Shown in pieces: positions 1-8,881 of a stretch of 48,610 nt of DNA. The DNA comes from Methanosarcinales archaeon (GTDB lineage Archaea; Halobacteriota; Methanosarcinia; Methanosarcinales; Methanocomedenaceae). The translations under genes were made by a program, and so were the position numbers. Position 1 is the stretch's first letter. The number at the start of each line of letters is the position of its first letter. Below the pieces are notes generated by a model. The model did not search any database and was not told the origin of the DNA. It saw nothing but the letters and a program-made list of their open reading frames with translations. The DNA is taken from positions 1-48,610 of the forward strand of contig JACUTQ010000002.1 of the NCBI GenBank assembly GCA_014859725.1. The letters are read 5' to 3'.

Positions 1-105
1 AAGTAAGTGTACTAATGACGTAAACTTACATTTTGGATCTTCCTTAGCTTTCAAAGCTATAACCAGTATAGCTTCTAAAGTCTTAGACACCAGTTTTGTT
101 GTCAT
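1..105 (-). CDS. Group II intron reverse transcriptase/maturase, first 35 aa (partial)
   Basis: ATG at 105 translates MTTKLVSKTLEAILVIALKAKEDPKCKFTSLVHLL. The 'KAKEDPxxKFTSLxHLL' segment resembles the N-terminal motif of bacterial-class intron RTs, and it lies directly after DIII. Confidence 0.85.
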   Translation of the reverse strand, partial: MTTKLVSKTLEAILVIALKAKEDPKCKFTSLVHLL

Positions 106-646
106 CTACTCCCCACCTCTGAGTGTGGTAGATGTGCCCCTGATGTCAATCGTACTTCTGTCAGTCCCTTCCCTCCACAGGCATTACCCTGCTTCATCAG
201 TACTATGAACTGATCCGACTCCCAGTATGCCATTTGCGCCATCTTACCGTCCATAGGCTTGACAGTGCATACTCCTGTAGGGAGAGCATACTGGGCCTCC
301 CGAGTTCCCATATTCTCCGTTTGATAACATGCTACGGTCTTAGACCCCGTTGGACTCACATCACCTTGCCGTGTCCCAGAGCTCTCTGCTATATTCCAAG
401 ACTGGAGGTGCTGACTAATGGTGGTATGAATGCTGCCTTCCGTTACACAGATAACGTCGGCTTCCAAGATCATCAGAATTTCGGGGCTTATAACCTTCAC
501 TTCCGTTGTGGCCTATTGTCCCATCCCCCCAGCTTCACATCAGCCTGTTACCAGTCTGGGTGTGGGGTTCAGTTCTGAGGTGGTGGCTAGCCTTTCCTCA
601 GGCTGGATTTTCACCAGCTGGCGAATATGAGCTTAGCTCGGCACGC
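1..646 (-). mobile_element. Group II intron, 5' portion (domains I-IVa and start of intron-encoded ORF); continues beyond the left window edge
   Basis: Minus strand begins GCGTGCCGAGC at 646 (GYGYG-type 5' end). EBS1 hairpin GCCGAC-GTTA-TCTGTG-TAACGGAAGGC at about 435-461. DII stem CCCAGTATGC/GCATACTGGG at 221-230/286-295. DIII-like GGAGTCGGATCAGTTCATAGTACTGATGAAGCAGGGTAATGCCTGTGGAGGGAAGGGACTGAC at about 160-222. An RT-like ORF start follows. Confidence 0.92.
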
Positions 647-675
647 CTGTGTCATCCGTGCAATCCGTGTTCCAT
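647..675. repeat. Short ATCCGTG-type tandem repeat forming the intron 5' exon/target site
   Basis: CTGTGTC-ATCCGTGCA-ATCCGTGTT at 647-671, about 9-nt periodicity, abutting the intron 5' end. Confidence 0.6.
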
Positions 676-769
676 TACAACATCATCTTTTATGTGAAAA
701 CGGGCATCAAAAAGAAATAAATACACAAATCTTAATAGCTTGCGATAATTCTTACATACAGTGATGTTG

Positions 770-982
770 ATGGGGTGCAAGAAATATATCGATAAAATCG
801 TAACCTGCAGTCACTGTGGAAGGGAATACACAGAGATACTATGTGAAGAGGATCTTTCCAGTATTGTAGCATTTTTCTGCGAAGACTGTGGAAAAAATTT
901 GGAAGAAGTATTAGAAAAAAGTGGGATTGCCATAAAACCATCAAACATGCGCAAACTGCGAAATACCGGGCAGTCAGACTAA
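770..982 (+). CDS. Small Zn-ribbon protein
   Basis: CSHC and CEDC pairs in about 70 aa; ends 13 nt before the SWIM gene. Start ATG 770 chosen, but 761/764 are possible. Confidence 0.65.
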   Translation: MGCKKYIDKIVTCSHCGREYTEILCEEDLSSIVAFFCEDCGKNLEEVLEKSGIAIKPSNMRKLRNTGQSD

Positions 983-995
983 ATTGTGGTGAAGT

Positions 996-2936
996 ATGAC
1001 AGAACTGACTGAAGATGCGATAAGGGAAATCTTTAGCGATAAAACATTTTTCAGGGGACTGGATTACTACGACAGCGGTCATGTCCACAGACCTGTAAAA
1101 ATGGCGAACACGCTATACGCTCAGGTGCTGGGAAGTGCGGCAGCACCATACGAGACGAGAGCTTATATCGATGATCAGAATATAAGCACCCAGTGCTCAT
1201 GTCCTGTGGGGAATATGTGCAAGCACGGGACCGCCCTTCTTCTGCAATGGGCGGATGAACCCTCATCATTCATCGATGCCGATGTTTTCCTGCATTCCCT
1301 TGAAAAAATGAGCCGAGATGAACTGATCAACATTATAAAAACTTTTATTACACTGTATCCAGATTCTGTTGCCGAATTTTCCTTTGAGGCCGGGGAAAAG
1401 CCTGAGATAAATATAGATGCAGTGACAGATAGAATCAGGTGGATAGTGAGCGGAGAACTTGATTATTATCATATTTGGGATGCCGCCAGAAAACTTGAAG
1501 AGATAAAAAAGTCTGCCGACAGACTCATGGAGAAAGGGTCTTACAAAAGCGCATCTGAAATATATCTGGCGCTGGTAAAAGGCGGGGTGGCGGCATATGA
1601 TGAAGGTGCTGATGACTCGGACGGCGGTCTGGGCGATTTTGTATCAGGGTGCGTTGAAGATTTCAAAGAATGCATGAAAATGATTACAGATCGCTCTTAT
1701 AAAGATGAGCTTCTGGAAAAAATACTTGTTATTATTGAGGATGAAGACTACGGTCTGGATACGCAGGAAATGCTTTTAGATGTCATTTCTCTGGAAAATA
1801 TACCTAGGGTGGAAGCATATCTTCTGGAAAAAGTGAAGCAACTGAGAAAAACCAGCGCCGGTTTCAGTTATACGTATAATAAGAATAAGATTATAGGATT
1901 ACTGGTCGAGCTGTATGACCTGCTCGGAAAGCCTGATGAAAAGCTGCGGCTTGCTCAATATGAACTTGAGGACAGGGAGGATTATATCAGGCTGGTAGAG
2001 GTACTGGCACAGGAAGGGAAGTTCGAGGAGGCACTTGACGCTGTCAAAAAAGGTATGGCACTGCCAGGAGAGAGAACAACACATTTGAGTGAACTTTATT
2101 TTGATATTGCTGAAGTAATGGTGAAAGATAAGCCACAACTCATAGACTTCAAGACGTCTCTTGCTGCCGCACTTGAAATGATGTCGCGTCGCTTTGACGC
2201 AAAAAAATACGAGAAAGCAAATGCGGTCTTCCGTACCACAGGTAAGCTTGATGAGTTCAGATCGGCGCTGCGCACAGGTCATGTGAACAGGGACAGTGCG
2301 GTCAGGGCATTTCTGCATGACGGTGAATTGAATGCTGCAGCTGAAATGATCCTGGCAGAACCTGTATCTTCAAGCGTCATAATTGAAGCATCCACTGCCG
2401 CCGCAGATAAAGGGATGAGGCACGAGTCCGCTATACTTACAAGACTGGCACTTAAGCGGGGATGGATCGACGGGCGCCCTCCCATTGGTGTGCTTCTTGA
2501 TGTGATGATGGATGTATCAGGTAAAGAGGAACTGTGCAATCTGACAGAGCGCATTTTGAAAATGAAAATGGCAGGGACAGCTGTCCTGCTTTTGCCGTAT
2601 CTCATGAAAAAAGAGCCGGAACTTGCTGCCGTGCTGGCAGGCAGGTTCTTGAACGATATGCCTGTGGAACTTGTAGCACAGGTCGCAATGGCGGCGGCAG
2701 AGAAGTCACCTGAGGAGGGGGCAGCTCTATGCAGAATGAGGATAAACGAGGATATTTTGCGTTCCCATGTCCATTATGATAAAGCGATAATGCTGCTTTT
2801 GGCGATCAGAGATATTTACGTATCAATAGGGAAGGAATCTGAATGGTCAGGGTTTATCAGGGGATTTGCTGCTGAGAATAAGGGGAAGAGGAAGCTGGTT
2901 GAGAGAGTGAGGAAGGAGTTCAGTGCAGTTAAATAG
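996..2936 (+). CDS. SWIM zinc finger family protein with helical C-terminus
   Basis: N-terminal 'FFRGLDYY..GHV...LYAQVLGS..PY' followed by the SWIM motif CSCPVGNMCKH; GGTGA SD upstream. Confidence 0.85.
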   Translation: MTELTEDAIREIFSDKTFFRGLDYYDSGHVHRPVKMANTLYAQVLGSAAAPYETRAYIDDQNISTQCSCPVGNMCKHGTALLLQWADEPSSFIDADVFLHSLEKMSRDELINIIKTFITLYPDSVAEFSFEAGEKPEINIDAVTDRIRWIVSGELDYYHIWDAARKLEEIKKSADRLMEKGSYKSASEIYLALVKGGVAAYDEGADDSDGGLGDFVSGCVEDFKECMKMITDRSYKDELLEKILVIIEDEDYGLDTQEMLLDVISLENIPRVEAYLLEKVKQLRKTSAGFSYTYNKNKIIGLLVELYDLLGKPDEKLRLAQYELEDREDYIRLVEVLAQEGKFEEALDAVKKGMALPGERTTHLSELYFDIAEVMVKDKPQLIDFKTSLAAALEMMSRRFDAKKYEKANAVFRTTGKLDEFRSALRTGHVNRDSAVRAFLHDGELNAAAEMILAEPVSSSVIIEASTAAADKGMRHESAILTRLALKRGWIDGRPPIGVLLDVMMDVSGKEELCNLTERILKMKMAGTAVLLLPYLMKKEPELAAVLAGRFLNDMPVELVAQVAMAAAEKSPEEGAALCRMRINEDILRSHVHYDKAIMLLLAIRDIYVSIGKESEWSGFIRGFAAENKGKRKLVERVRKEFSAVK

Positions 2937-3066
2937 GATTTGTGTAATTTGCCGGCAGATACTCTCACCGTGCACATGGCATTACACCATGATCACTGCA
3001 AAGGAGCAGTAATTAATATCGATATTGATAAGTGCTAAAATAACAATACTTATTGAGGTACCACCA

Positions 3067-3573
3067 ATGCTCTCAAAACAGGAACTCATAGAAGCACAGA
3101 ACACCAGTCCTTCATTAATCGAACATATGATCGACCCTGCCGTCCAGACCCAGCCCAACGGCATCGAGATGACACTGCAAAGTGTCCATCGATTAGAAGG
3201 GGCTGGCTCCATTGCCTTTGATAATGCTGAAAGGCAATTGCCAGATACTTATGCCTTGGAATTCGACGAAAATGGTTGGCTCAACCTTGAACCAGGCATC
3301 TACAAGATCATCTACAACGAGGTAGTGAACATTCCCGACGGTATCGCAGCCATTGCCCGGGCTCGTTCAAGCCTGCTGCGCTGTGGTGTCGCCCTGGAGA
3401 CCGCGGTCTGGGATGCAGGTTATAGCGGTCGAAGTGAGAGTCTGTTAGTAGTACATAACCCGGATGGTTTCAGGTTAAAACGAAATGCAAGGGTCGTACA
3501 GCTGATCTTTTTCAAACTCAGCAGCAGGGTTGATGAAGGTTACAGCGGAATTTATCAAAATGAAAATAAATAG
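3067..3573 (+). CDS. dut: dUTPase (archaeal, dCTP deaminase-like family)
   Basis: QPNGIEMTL, ARSSLLRCG, AVWDAGYSGRSE and C-terminal GYSGIYQ motifs; GAGGT SD before ATG 3067. Confidence 0.88.
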   Translation: MLSKQELIEAQNTSPSLIEHMIDPAVQTQPNGIEMTLQSVHRLEGAGSIAFDNAERQLPDTYALEFDENGWLNLEPGIYKIIYNEVVNIPDGIAAIARARSSLLRCGVALETAVWDAGYSGRSESLLVVHNPDGFRLKRNARVVQLIFFKLSSRVDEGYSGIYQNENK

Positions 3574-4775
3574 AGGTAATCGTGTTTACAATTTCCTGGC
3601 CGGAAGTGCCGGTTTCAGAACCTTCTGTCTTGACAATATATGCATCTCCTCCGCCGCCCAACGATTTGGTCTGACCGGCAATAACATACCCTTTATCTGA
3701 ACTCTGTAGTACGGAATATCCCATCTCACTGTTTTGCCCTCCGAAAACCTGGGTCCACTGAAGATCACCATCCCTGTTAAGTTTTAAAAGATTCATATCA
3801 TATAATCCGTATGAATACTGGTTGGTTTTTCCTGCTATATATATACCCGCCATCAGATGTCTTTTTTATTGACCTGGCATCGTCCTGTGTATCATCCCCG
3901 CCATAGACTTTCTCCCAGACTTTTTCTCCATCCAGGTTCACCTTAACTACGTAAATATCAGAAAATTCATTGAAAGATTTGGTGTATCCGGCTGCTACGT
4001 ATCCATTATCCTGTTGGGTAATGGAATAGAACTGATCATCGCCGCTGCCACCAAAATCTGATTTCCACTTAACAGTCCCTTCATGATCAGTCTTAACTAT
4101 GTATGCATCATAACTCAAATCGCTGACCGACCGGGTATAACCTCCAATGATGTATCCATTATCAGGAGTTTGCTGGATGTCATATGCACCATCTTCCTCG
4201 CCCATGCCAATACCCAGATCCCATTCAATATTACCATTTGGATCAAATTTGATGAGTGAAATATCACTATCATAAAAATTCAGCCAGGTATCCCCTGCTG
4301 CCAAATACCCGCCATCTTTGGTCTGGATGATAGCTTCACATACATCCCTCTGGTTCCCACCAGACTTTTGTTCCCACTCAACTTTTCCGGCAGAATCCAA
4401 TTTTAACATATAAAAATCATTAACTCCCTCAGTCTCAGTATAGGTTCCACCGCAGACAATATATCCTCCGTCAGATGTCTGCTTGATAGAATTTGCAAAA
4501 TCCTCTTTAGATGCTATATACTTGTTTTCCCATTCCACTTCTCCTGATGCAGTAAGTTTTACCACATAAATATCCTCAGAGGTATTTACAGAATATTTTT
4601 TACCTGCAGCAATATAACCACCATCAGAAGTCCGGGCAATATCATATATTGTATCTTCTAAATTATCACCCAGGTTTAGTTCCCATTGGACAGGTGTAGC
4701 TGTGTCTGCATATACAATAAATGGTGAAAATAAAAATAAATAAATAGATAAAGTAAATATTAATTTAAAACACAT
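3518..4775 (-). pseudogene. Secreted beta-propeller repeat protein, frameshifted near 3840
   Basis: Signal peptide followed by repeats 'SIxQTSDGGYIxxG...DxYxxKxDxxGxxxW'. The repeats continue in a second frame (3518..3853) after a (TA)5 tract at 3836-3845. Confidence 0.75.
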
Positions 4776-4811
4776 GATTTTATCACCGCTTAATGATTTA
4801 TTTCATATATA

Positions 4812-6149
4812 TTAAAATTTTTTTGATAATATTCGTTCAATTACTTTTTCCTTCTTTTTAATAGCATCTAATGCCGCCTTATCGATCTTTTCACACATAT
4901 CTTTAAAATCAAGTGGTTCCACTTCCCCTACCAGTTTTTTAATTGGGGTATAGGCCGATTCCCTGAACCTTGGTGAAAAATCTATAATCTTGCCATCAAT
5001 CTCCAGTCTCGCGCCGCTACCTTTTCTGACCTCGCCGATAATATCAGCAGACACCCCATTTTCTTTCAATTCATCGAGGATAGCTTCAGCAGATTCAGGA
5101 GGTGTAATGATAAGCAGTGCATCCAGGGACACACCCAGATAATCGATCTCCAGTCCTTCCAACATGGATAGTACTTTAGGATGTACCAATGGCCTGATCC
5201 GTTCTTCATGGAAAATCAGTTCCACGCCGGCTGTCCTGGAAATCTCTTTTGCATCTCCACGCACACCGCCATTTGTTACATCAGTCATGGCGTGGATTTG
5301 CTCAAGTAATCCAGCCTTCATGATAACTTCGCAAGCCTCAATAAACTTGATATTTATAGTCTCATTCACAATATCATGCATGCCGAAATACAGCGCAGTA
5401 GTTGAGATCGTTCCGCCCCCGGCTCCTTCAGTCATTAATATCACATCTCCGGGTTTAGCCTTTATCCTGGAAGAAATGGTTTGAGTAATTCCCACTGCAC
5501 CCACACCACCAGTCATGCGCTCCCCAATGACCATATCTCCCCCGATACGCAGTGTACTGCCTGTGATTAAGGGCACACCTGTCAATTCAGATACTGCAGT
5601 AATCCCGGCAATGTGATCAAATATTTTACCTACATCCCCGTCATCAGCCACATGGATATCAGACAGCATAGCCAGAGGTCGCGCTCCCATAGCATATATG
5701 TCCCTAAGTGCTGCCCGAGCCACATGAAAACCTGCCAGGAACGGATAATCGCTTAACCGGCTGTGGATCCCATCCACTGTTACAACCAGATACTCTCCGG
5801 AATCAGTCTTAACTACACCAGAGTCATCAAGATGAGAAGTGTCCACCTCAGCCTTGGTCTTACCGATTACCTGGGCGATCTTTTCATGAGCATAAAAATC
5901 ACCTGCACCCCGGCTGCCCACTCCGAATTGGCCCATGGTAACGTTTGATTCTACTGGTCTTAGAATTCCTTTTTCTAATCTCAGGGTTGCCTGTGATTCC
6001 ACAAGTACGGCGTGAGCAAGTTTTCTTGCATAAAGTTGAGTAATCCTCTTACCTTTGATCTCAAGTATCCTTTCTGTAAGTCTTTCCTCAATTTGATCTG
6101 TATTCTCACCAAGTAATAGAGCCCGTTTAGCATAACCTTCAATGTCCAT
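4812..6149 (-). CDS. AIR synthase-related (PurM/HypE/ThiL superfamily) protein, methanogen-conserved type
   Basis: GVGSRGAGDF, DDSGVV, VDGIHSRLS and MTDVTNGG motifs. Confidence 0.85.
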   Translation of the reverse strand: MDIEGYAKRALLLGENTDQIEERLTERILEIKGKRITQLYARKLAHAVLVESQATLRLEKGILRPVESNVTMGQFGVGSRGAGDFYAHEKIAQVIGKTKAEVDTSHLDDSGVVKTDSGEYLVVTVDGIHSRLSDYPFLAGFHVARAALRDIYAMGARPLAMLSDIHVADDGDVGKIFDHIAGITAVSELTGVPLITGSTLRIGGDMVIGERMTGGVGAVGITQTISSRIKAKPGDVILMTEGAGGGTISTTALYFGMHDIVNETINIKFIEACEVIMKAGLLEQIHAMTDVTNGGVRGDAKEISRTAGVELIFHEERIRPLVHPKVLSMLEGLEIDYLGVSLDALLIITPPESAEAILDELKENGVSADIIGEVRKGSGARLEIDGKIIDFSPRFRESAYTPIKKLVGEVEPLDFKDMCEKIDKAALDAIKKKEKVIERILSKKF

Positions 6150-6217
6150 CACCTAAATGATGAGATATTGATTATTAAAGTTTTTTAAAAAAAAATTAAA
6201 TACAGACCATTCCCGGA

Positions 6218-7201
6218 TTACCATACCAGGGCAACATGCTCCATTTCGCCACTGCCAGATAATTCATTCAGGATGGTAAATACTTCTTCAGATGTAATGT
6301 CAGCTGCTTTACGACTCATGTTGACCACCTGGTCTACTTCAACAGATCCAGTGCTGCTCAGGAGCTTTATAATACGGAGTACTGTATTTTTTTGCCGTTC
6401 ATGCTCTCTTGTCTGGTATGTACGAACTGAGCGCAGAAAATCTATTTTCCTGAACTCGGGCCAGTACGGTGCACAGAAATAGGCAGCACATTCGTTTCCA
6501 TTGGCCTGCCAGGGCAGGAAGTTAGATATCCTCTCATCACCTCCAGTCCTGATAATAAGATCCACATCAGGAACCGCCAGACTATCTGAAGGGTAAAGGT
6601 GGGCCGAAATGATGTTCTCATCAATGTTTGATAAAGCAAGTTCCCGTATTCGAATCTTATTTGCTATTATCTTTGCAGCATCCACAATCTCCTGGCGCCC
6701 TCCATAGGCCATGGCAATGTTCAAATAAAAATTGCCATAATGTTTGGTGATATCTTCTACCTGGCGAGCAGTTTTTTGAAGAGATAAAGGAAGCAAGTTT
6801 AGATTACCCAGAATCCGAACTCGCATTTTTCGTTGATGGGTGCGGTCATCATCAATAAGTTCCTCTAATTTGATTCCGATCAATTCGAACAAATTTTTCT
6901 TTTCATCCTCTGGCCTGTTCAGGTTTTCTGTAGAGAAGGCATAGAGTGTAAGTTGTTTAACACCAAATTCATAACTCCAGTCAAGCACATTTTCTGTAGT
7001 GTTTGCACCCTGGATATATCCCTGTTGGGTAGACTTACCACTTTTGCAGGCAAATCTACGATTCCCATCCATAATAATTGCGATATGTTCAGGGACTCTG
7101 AATTCTCTGATCTCTGAAGTGAGGAGACGTTCGTATCCAGAATACAGAATATTGTTAATCGTTTTTCTGATACTATACCCCATATGCAAAACCATTTGCA
7201 T
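6218..7201 (-). CDS. uppS: cis-prenyltransferase (polyprenyl/undecaprenyl diphosphate synthase)
   Basis: HIAIIMDGNRR, YAFSTEN, YGGRQEI and DLIIRTGGDERISNFLPWQ motifs. Start could be 7183. Confidence 0.95.
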   Translation of the reverse strand: MQMVLHMGYSIRKTINNILYSGYERLLTSEIREFRVPEHIAIIMDGNRRFACKSGKSTQQGYIQGANTTENVLDWSYEFGVKQLTLYAFSTENLNRPEDEKKNLFELIGIKLEELIDDDRTHQRKMRVRILGNLNLLPLSLQKTARQVEDITKHYGNFYLNIAMAYGGRQEIVDAAKIIANKIRIRELALSNIDENIISAHLYPSDSLAVPDVDLIIRTGGDERISNFLPWQANGNECAAYFCAPYWPEFRKIDFLRSVRTYQTREHERQKNTVLRIIKLLSSTGSVEVDQVVNMSRKAADITSEEVFTILNELSGSGEMEHVALVW

Positions 7202-7345
7202 AAACTAATACAAATAATTATTTAAATAGTTATCAATTTATTAAATAATTCGATTGTAATTATAAATATATCAAGTATAATGGAATATTATATACTGGTA
7301 TCACCATAAAGAAAGAAAAATAATGAAAAAAAGGGCTAATTTATT

Positions 7346-8227
7346 ATGATTGTTAATTTTCTTTGGATGGCATTGATTTTTTTTATCCTTGCAGCCATAC
7401 TACCCAGCAAATTTAAATCTTATAGGATGCCAATCGGTGGTATGGGATGGATATTTTTTGCTGCGTATTGGGCTCTTCAACCGTTTTATTACCTAAAAGA
7501 AGGTGATTTTTCAATGGTAATTTTAATGCTTGTTGTGGCTTTGATCTGTTTGATCATCGCTCATCTCATGTTCATTACTTACTTAAAATCCAATAAAGGT
7601 ATGCTGCAGGACAATCAAACTAATATAACAAAAACATTGATGGCAGCTACAACTGTAACTGCTATCGGTGCGCTGTTCTATTTTCCTTTTGCGCAGATTG
7701 AATCATTGAACCATTCTTTAATTTCTACTGTTACATCACAAACCTTCTGGCTTTCCCAGCAGGCAGGATTTCCTGTAATCAGATTGGATTGGAATATGAT
7801 AATGCTTGAAGGATATCGAGTAGAGATCATTCTTGCCTGTACAGCCATCGAGAGCATTGCCCTGTTCTTTGGATTGATCCTGGGAATAAAAGCAGATCGA
7901 AAAAAAGTACTAATGGCATTAATGGCTTCAATTCCAGTAATCTACATCTTAAACCTAATCAGGAACACGTTTGTAATAGGAGCATATGGATATAAGTGGT
8001 TTGGAACCGGCCCGATGATAGTACATTTATTTGGAAATGAATATTTCCTGCACCAATCGGCCAGTTTCTATATTGGGCATCATATCATCGCAAAAGGAGG
8101 ATCAGGAGTTGCATTATTATTCATTGCTTATGCAGTATTAAAGCTGCTTCCCGAACTTCTCGACCTTATCGACAACCTCTGGCTGTTAATTAAGGAGGAT
8201 GTCAGGAATATTTTCAGGAGTGATTAG
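7346..8227 (+). CDS. artA: Archaeosortase A
   Basis: Multi-TM protein with VEIILACTAIESIALF (catalytic Cys), LNLIRN (Arg) and HHIIAK motifs; PGF-CTERM proteins occur in the same window. Confidence 0.9.
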   Translation: MIVNFLWMALIFFILAAILPSKFKSYRMPIGGMGWIFFAAYWALQPFYYLKEGDFSMVILMLVVALICLIIAHLMFITYLKSNKGMLQDNQTNITKTLMAATTVTAIGALFYFPFAQIESLNHSLISTVTSQTFWLSQQAGFPVIRLDWNMIMLEGYRVEIILACTAIESIALFFGLILGIKADRKKVLMALMASIPVIYILNLIRNTFVIGAYGYKWFGTGPMIVHLFGNEYFLHQSASFYIGHHIIAKGGSGVALLFIAYAVLKLLPELLDLIDNLWLLIKEDVRNIFRSD

Positions 8228-8229
8228 CC

Positions 8230-8880
8230 ATTCTTGCCCGGAATACAGATACGCTATTAGGCGGGATTTTTGTAGTTGCAATTATCCTGGCAATTGCAGC
8301 TTTCTTCCTGGATTCGGAATTATTGGCAAAGGAATCTGCTCTTGTTTTTCTTTTGGATTTGCTTTTTATATGGTTCTTCAGGGACCCGGAACGACCAGTT
8401 GGGGGAATTGATGAGGGAATCGTATCTCCGGCTGATGGGAAAGTAGTGGATATCAGGGGAAATACGGCTTGTATCTTTATGAACTTCCATAATGTACATG
8501 TCAATAGGGCCCCTGTTTCTGGAAAGATTGTTAAGATGCATCACAGGGATGGCGGTTATTTACCTGCATTTTTCAAGGATTCGCTTAAAAATGAACGCAA
8601 TACAATATGTATCGAATCAGATTACGGTTTGGTAAAAATGACACAAATAGCTGGTACCGTGCCCAGAAGGATTGATACATATTTCAATGTGGGGGATAGA
8701 GTGGTCAGAGGCGAGCGGATCGGAATGATCAGGTTCGGAAGCCGTGTGGACATAACACCCCCAGAGGGATATGCATTAACAATAAAAAAAGGCGATAGGG
8801 TCAAAGCGGCCATATCTATAGTAGCCAGGAAAGTGGATGAAGCTTCGGGGGCAATTCCTGATAATAATAAAGGTGAATAA
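8230..8880 (+). CDS. psd: Archaetidylserine/phosphatidylserine decarboxylase proenzyme
   Basis: FFRDPER, SPADG, HVNRAP, KNERN, QIAG and self-cleavage FGSRVD motifs. The frame is open from 8224; probable ATT start at 8230. Confidence 0.92.
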   Translation: MLARNTDTLLGGIFVVAIILAIAAFFLDSELLAKESALVFLLDLLFIWFFRDPERPVGGIDEGIVSPADGKVVDIRGNTACIFMNFHNVHVNRAPVSGKIVKMHHRDGGYLPAFFKDSLKNERNTICIESDYGLVKMTQIAGTVPRRIDTYFNVGDRVVRGERIGMIRFGSRVDITPPEGYALTIKKGDRVKAAISIVARKVDEASGAIPDNNKGE

Positions 8881-8881
8881 C

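Noticed and set aside
102..697. ORFs 102..500 (-), 234..578 (+), 430..630 (+) and 506..697 (+)
   Set aside because: They overlie the structured intron RNA and have no recognisable protein motifs; they are chance frames.
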